Of a stretch of 28,478 nucleotides of DNA, positions 24,701 to 28,478 are shown piece after piece. Positions within the stretch are counted from its first letter, which is position 1. Every line of letters starts with the position of its first letter. The stretch lies in NCBI GenBank assembly GCA_043811535.1, contig JBDRNC010000019.1:1-28478 (forward strand), written 5' to 3'. The notes beneath the pieces were generated by a model. The model saw only the letters and a program-made list of their open reading frames with translations, was not told the origin of the DNA and ran no database searches. The position numbers were made by a program, and so were the translations under genes. The DNA is from Elusimicrobiota bacterium. GTDB taxonomy: Bacteria > Elusimicrobiota > Endomicrobiia > Endomicrobiales > JBDRNC01.

Positions 24701-26065
24701 ATGACAAACAAATCTCACCACATTAAGACTGCGGAAAAAAGAAAGGCATGGGTGGTATCGGTCGTTATGGGATTGGGCCACGTCCGCGCCGCGTATCCCC
24801 TGCGCGACATGGCTTACGAATACATAGTGATCGACGAAAAGAGCCCCTACACTTCTACCGAAGAAGCCAAACTCTGGAAAAGGATAAAAAATACTTACTA
24901 TTTCATGGCGAAGGCCGAAGCCATTCCCGTTGTCGGCAGGATCCTTTCCAATTCAATGCTCGCGATACAGTCAATACAGCCTTATTATCCGATGAGGGAC
25001 CTTTCCAACCCCACATGGGGTTCAAAATACCTTAACTCGCTGATAAAGGACCGCCGGCTGTGTTCCGCAGTCGTAAAAACAGTGGAGTCAAAGAACATCC
25101 CCATGATAAACACCTTCTACGCGACTGCGATAGCGGCGGACATGAATGAAAGGATCAAGGAAAACTATCTTGTGATCTGCGACGCCGATATCAACAGGGT
25201 ATGGGTGCCCGAAAAGCCGTCCGAAAGCCAGATAAAGTATCTTGCCCCGTGCTCGCAGGTTAAAAGGCGCCTGATGCTTTACGGCGTGCCGGAGGAAAAT
25301 ATCCATCTCACGGGTTTCCCGCTGCCCAAGGAAAACATAGGCGATAAAAAGAAACTGGAGATACTCAAGGACGACCTTTTTAAGAGGCTCTTAAGGCTTG
25401 ATCCCAACGACAGGTTCTTCAAGTTCCACAGCAAAAGCTCGCTTAACATGCTTGGCAAGGATTCTGTGCCCCGGGAAAGAGAGGACTGTTTCACGCTGAC
25501 GTTTGCCGTGGGCGGAGCGGGCGTGCATTCCGAAATAGCGTACAAGATACTGAAAAGCCTTAAAGTAAAGATTATTGACGGCAGGATAAGGCTTAACCTT
25601 TCCGCCGGAACAAGGCAGGAGACCGCGAAAACTTTCCTGGGATATATTGATTCGCTGAAGCTTTCAGGTTATCTGGGAACCGGGATAAAAATAATTCACG
25701 ACAACGATATTAATAAGTATTTTGAGAAATTCAACTTTGTGCTCCGCGAAACTGATGTTCTCTGGACGAAACCGAGCGAGCTCTCTTTTTACTGCGCTCT
25801 CGGTATCCCTATAGTGTTCGCGCCGTCGGTCGGCTCGCACGAGAATCTGAACAGGGACTGGCTGATGAGCGTGCATGCGGGAATCATCCCTCCGGGTCCC
25901 GTGGAATTTACGGACCAATGGCTTTTTGACTTGAGAGAATCCGGCCGCCTCGCGGAAGCGGCGTGGGACGGGTTCCTGAAAGCAAGGAAACTGGGAACGT
26001 ATAAGATAGAAGAGATAATCCAGACGGGGCACATGACTTCGGGTGATTCGCCGTTTGAGTTTTGA
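24701..26065 (+). CDS. Putative GT-B glycosyltransferase (MGDG synthase/UgtP-like)
   Basis: MGLGHVRAA, CDADINRVW, GVPEENIHLTGFP, GGAG, WTKPSEL, GSHENLN. Confidence 0.7.
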   Translation: MTNKSHHIKTAEKRKAWVVSVVMGLGHVRAAYPLRDMAYEYIVIDEKSPYTSTEEAKLWKRIKNTYYFMAKAEAIPVVGRILSNSMLAIQSIQPYYPMRDLSNPTWGSKYLNSLIKDRRLCSAVVKTVESKNIPMINTFYATAIAADMNERIKENYLVICDADINRVWVPEKPSESQIKYLAPCSQVKRRLMLYGVPEENIHLTGFPLPKENIGDKKKLEILKDDLFKRLLRLDPNDRFFKFHSKSSLNMLGKDSVPREREDCFTLTFAVGGAGVHSEIAYKILKSLKVKIIDGRIRLNLSAGTRQETAKTFLGYIDSLKLSGYLGTGIKIIHDNDINKYFEKFNFVLRETDVLWTKPSELSFYCALGIPIVFAPSVGSHENLNRDWLMSVHAGIIPPGPVEFTDQWLFDLRESGRLAEAAWDGFLKARKLGTYKIEEIIQTGHMTSGDSPFEF

Positions 26066-26067
26066 CG

Positions 26068-26229
26068 GCAGCCATTGGCGATTAGCCATTAGCGATTAGA
26101 CTATAATCAGCAATTTGCTGTTAGCCATTAGCCTATAATCGGCAATTAACCATTTGCCATTAGCAATTGGTCAAAGGCAGTTAAGTCTTCGTTTCACACT
26201 GATTGCCAATCGCTAATTGCTAATAGCTG
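26068..26229. repeat. Inverted heptamer arrays (CAATTAG/CTAATTG-type), expanded copy 2
   Basis: Arms match the 18270-18343 element at 26/28 and 28/31 nt. Confidence 0.9.
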
Positions 26230-26235
26230 TCTGTT

Positions 26236-27657
26236 ATGGAGTTAAGTATGAATATGATTAAATTCGTGTTAGGAACTTTCAGGGCCAGAATAACGCTGGT
26301 CCTTATCCTTTCGATGCTTTTCTGCGGGGTCGTCAGCAATCTGCTGATATCAAAATTCGCGCTTGATTCGCAATTCGAACAGTTGAGAAAAGAGCTTATG
26401 GTGATCGCGCAGACATCCGCCCTGCTTGTGGACCCGGGTCTTCTCTCGCAGATACCTCTCACGCACGCCGGCGAAAAAACACGCGCATACAGGATAATCT
26501 CGGAAAAACTTGATAAGGTCAGAAAACTCAATCCGACGATCAAATATATCTATGTAATGACCAGGACAGACGCTCCCGGAACATGGCAGTTCGTGGTTGA
26601 CCCGACAATGAGCGAGGAAGACGTAAAAAAGGGATTGAGCTCGCTGCCGGGCGACAAGTACGACGCGAAACGTTTCCCCGAGATGCTGAAAGCCTACGAC
26701 GGCCCCGCCGCGGACAAAAAAATCGACACGGATGAATGGGGCGCGCTGCTTTCCGGCTACGCGCCGGTAAGGAACGACGCGGGAAAGACGGTGGCGGTTC
26801 TCGGTGTGGATATTTCGGCGGATGACGTGTATCTCGCCAGAAATGAGCTCTGGAAAAGGACATGGTTAGTGCTTTTCATAGGGATCCTGATATCTGTTTT
26901 CCTGGGAATAATAATCTCAAAGGGCATCGCCGATCCGGTAAAACGCCTTGTGGAAGGCACAAGAAGCATCGTGAATCATAACCTTGAATACCACGTGGAT
27001 ATAGACGGCCCGGATGAGATACTGGAGCTTGCCGCAGCTTTGAACAGGATGTCGGACACGCTGAAAGAGTCGCGTGATAACCTCAGGAACTATTTTTACA
27101 AAGTCGCGCAGGCGCTGATAAGAGTTCTTGAAGAAAAGGATGAATACACGAAAGGCCATTCTGAGCGCGTCGCCGCCTACACGGAAAAGATAGCGGTCAA
27201 GCTCGGATTTTCAAAAGAACGCATTGATTTTCTCAAGGAAGCCGCTCTTCTGCATGACATAGGGAAGCTCGGCATCGAGGCGGACATACTCAACAAGAAA
27301 GGCAAACTGACCGACAAAGAATGGAAAAAGATCGTAAGACACCCGGTTGTCGGAGAAGAGATACTGAGGCCGGTTTTTCTTCAGGAAGAGATGCTTACGG
27401 TCACCAGAAGACACCATGAGAAGTTCGACGGCACCGGGTATCCTGATAAACTTGCGGGCGACAGCATCAGCGTGCTCGCCCAGGTGGTTTCTGTCGCGGA
27501 CGCCTATGACGCAATGACTTCAACAAGGGCATACAGGCCCGCGATGAGCAAAAAGAAAGCGATGGAAGAGCTGAGGCGCAAAAAAGACACGCAGTTCAAC
27601 CCCTGGCTCGTTGAGATATTCATAGAAATACTCGAAAACGAAGACAAAAAGAGATGA
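26236..27657 (+). CDS. Membrane-anchored HD-GYP phosphodiesterase with Cache-like sensor and HAMP domain
   Basis: Two TM segments, DEWG..SGYAPV, HAMP (DEILELA..NRM), GHSERV, LHDIGK, HHEKFDGTGYP, ADAYDAM. Confidence 0.93.
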   Translation: MELSMNMIKFVLGTFRARITLVLILSMLFCGVVSNLLISKFALDSQFEQLRKELMVIAQTSALLVDPGLLSQIPLTHAGEKTRAYRIISEKLDKVRKLNPTIKYIYVMTRTDAPGTWQFVVDPTMSEEDVKKGLSSLPGDKYDAKRFPEMLKAYDGPAADKKIDTDEWGALLSGYAPVRNDAGKTVAVLGVDISADDVYLARNELWKRTWLVLFIGILISVFLGIIISKGIADPVKRLVEGTRSIVNHNLEYHVDIDGPDEILELAAALNRMSDTLKESRDNLRNYFYKVAQALIRVLEEKDEYTKGHSERVAAYTEKIAVKLGFSKERIDFLKEAALLHDIGKLGIEADILNKKGKLTDKEWKKIVRHPVVGEEILRPVFLQEEMLTVTRRHHEKFDGTGYPDKLAGDSISVLAQVVSVADAYDAMTSTRAYRPAMSKKKAMEELRRKKDTQFNPWLVEIFIEILENEDKKR

Positions 27658-27741
27658 CAGAACTGATAAGACAGAACTTAAGAAAGAGTCAGCGAACTGC
27701 GATTTTCTGCCTAGTCACTGTTCACTGGTCACTAATCACTG
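27656..27741. repeat. Heptamer arrays between HD-GYP and macrodomain genes
   Basis: gacagaa ctgataa gacagaa cttaaga ... ctagtca ctgttca ctggtca ctaatca. Confidence 0.75.
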
Positions 27742-27748
27742 TATTTAA

Positions 27749-28297
27749 ATGATCCAGACTCTGATAAACAAAACTAAACTCACGCTCATTAAGGGCGACA
27801 TTACCCAGCAGGAAACGGCGGCCATAGTCAACGCGGCCAACAGCTCTCTTATGGGTGGCGGGGGAGTTGACGGCGCTATACACCGCGCGGGAGGGCCGAA
27901 GATCCTTGAAGAGTGCATTAAGATAATTCAGGAAATCGGCCGGCTATCGGCCGGGAAAGCCGTAATAACATCGGGCGGAAACCTTAAGGCGCGATACGTG
28001 ATTCACACGGTCGGACCGGTCTGGAAAGGCGGAAGGGAAGAGGAAGACAGGGTGCTGGCAAGCGCTTATGACAGCTGTCTTGAACTGGCGCGTGAAAACA
28101 GTATCAGCTCAATTTCATTTCCTTCCATAAGCACAGGCGCCTACAATTATCCCGTAGGCAACGCGGCAAAAATAGCGGTTTCAACCGTAGTAGATTTTGT
28201 CAGGAAGAACGGCGCTTTAAAAGAGGTCAGATTCGTGCTGTTCAGCCCGGATGACCTGGAAACATACACAAATATATTGAGGAATTTATATCCATAA
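27749..28297 (+). CDS. ymdB: Macrodomain O-acetyl-ADP-ribose deacetylase
   Basis: GDIT, IVNAANSSLMGGGGVDGAIHRAGG, VIHTVGPVW, FPSISTGAY. Confidence 0.93.
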   Translation: MIQTLINKTKLTLIKGDITQQETAAIVNAANSSLMGGGGVDGAIHRAGGPKILEECIKIIQEIGRLSAGKAVITSGGNLKARYVIHTVGPVWKGGREEEDRVLASAYDSCLELARENSISSISFPSISTGAYNYPVGNAAKIAVSTVVDFVRKNGALKEVRFVLFSPDDLETYTNILRNLYP

Positions 28298-28338
28298 TCT
28301 GTTTGGATTACTAATAACTAATTGTTAATTGCTGTAGC

Positions 28339-28478
28339 GGTAATGTCAAGATTTGTGTGTAATTTGTTTAAGGGGTTTATTCTCCCAAAGTTTATTCTGT
28401 CTGTAAAATATGGCGAAGATGATACGCTGAACACTGTCCTGATTACTGAAACAGCTGATAGTTCTGGTACGGCGCCTG
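28339..28478 (-). mobile_element. Right end of an IS256-family insertion sequence (truncated by window edge)
   Basis: Minus strand TTACACACAAATCTTGACATTACC resembles IS256-family ends and overlaps the transposase stop. Confidence 0.8.
28346..28477 (-). CDS. IS256-family transposase, C-terminal 43 aa (partial; not in ORF track)
   Basis: Translates RRRTRTISCFSNQDSVQRIIFAIFYRQNKLWENKPLKQITHKS*, matching the RRRT..F.N..S..R..W..T-H/Q tail typical of the family. Confidence 0.8.
   Translation of the reverse strand, partial: RRRTRTISCFSNQDSVQRIIFAIFYRQNKLWENKPLKQITHKS

Noticed and set aside
26102..26139. Two TATAAT hexamers upstream of the HD-GYP gene as promoters
   Set aside because: Embedded in repeat units with no matching -35 at 16-18 nt

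Overview
Bacterial chromosomal window with three layers. (1) Bases 396-10805 (minus strand) hold a 12-gene operon for a membrane-bound group 4 [NiFe]-hydrogenase. It has a full complex I-like membrane arm (three MrpD/NuoL-M-N-like antiporters plus NuoJ, K, A, H), NuoB/C/D/I-like soluble subunits with intact Ni-binding motifs, and a HycI-type maturation protease. (2) Bases 11359-28297 (plus strand) carry mixed metabolic and signalling genes: a CsgG/FlgO-like plus beta-barrel protein, alpha/beta hydrolase, PabB-PabC fusion, ABC-2 pair, DUF2156, hemerythrin, PilZ, M48 peptidase, UDG-family glycosylase, exported cytochrome b5 plus a 63-aa two-His membrane protein, a 48-aa zinc-ribbon protein absent from the ORF track, EFR1 ferredoxin, a receiver protein, two glycosyltransferases, HD-GYP and a macrodomain. 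The window ends in the 3' end of an IS256-like transposase, also absent from the ORF track. (3) A dense set of small structured repeats: MITE-like and palindromic elements inserted in frame inside pabB, hycI and the NuoC-like gene, dispersed multi-hairpin elements present in two copies, and inverted 7/8-mer tandem arrays filling most larger intergenic gaps. All calls come from reading motifs by eye; no database search or folding was run.
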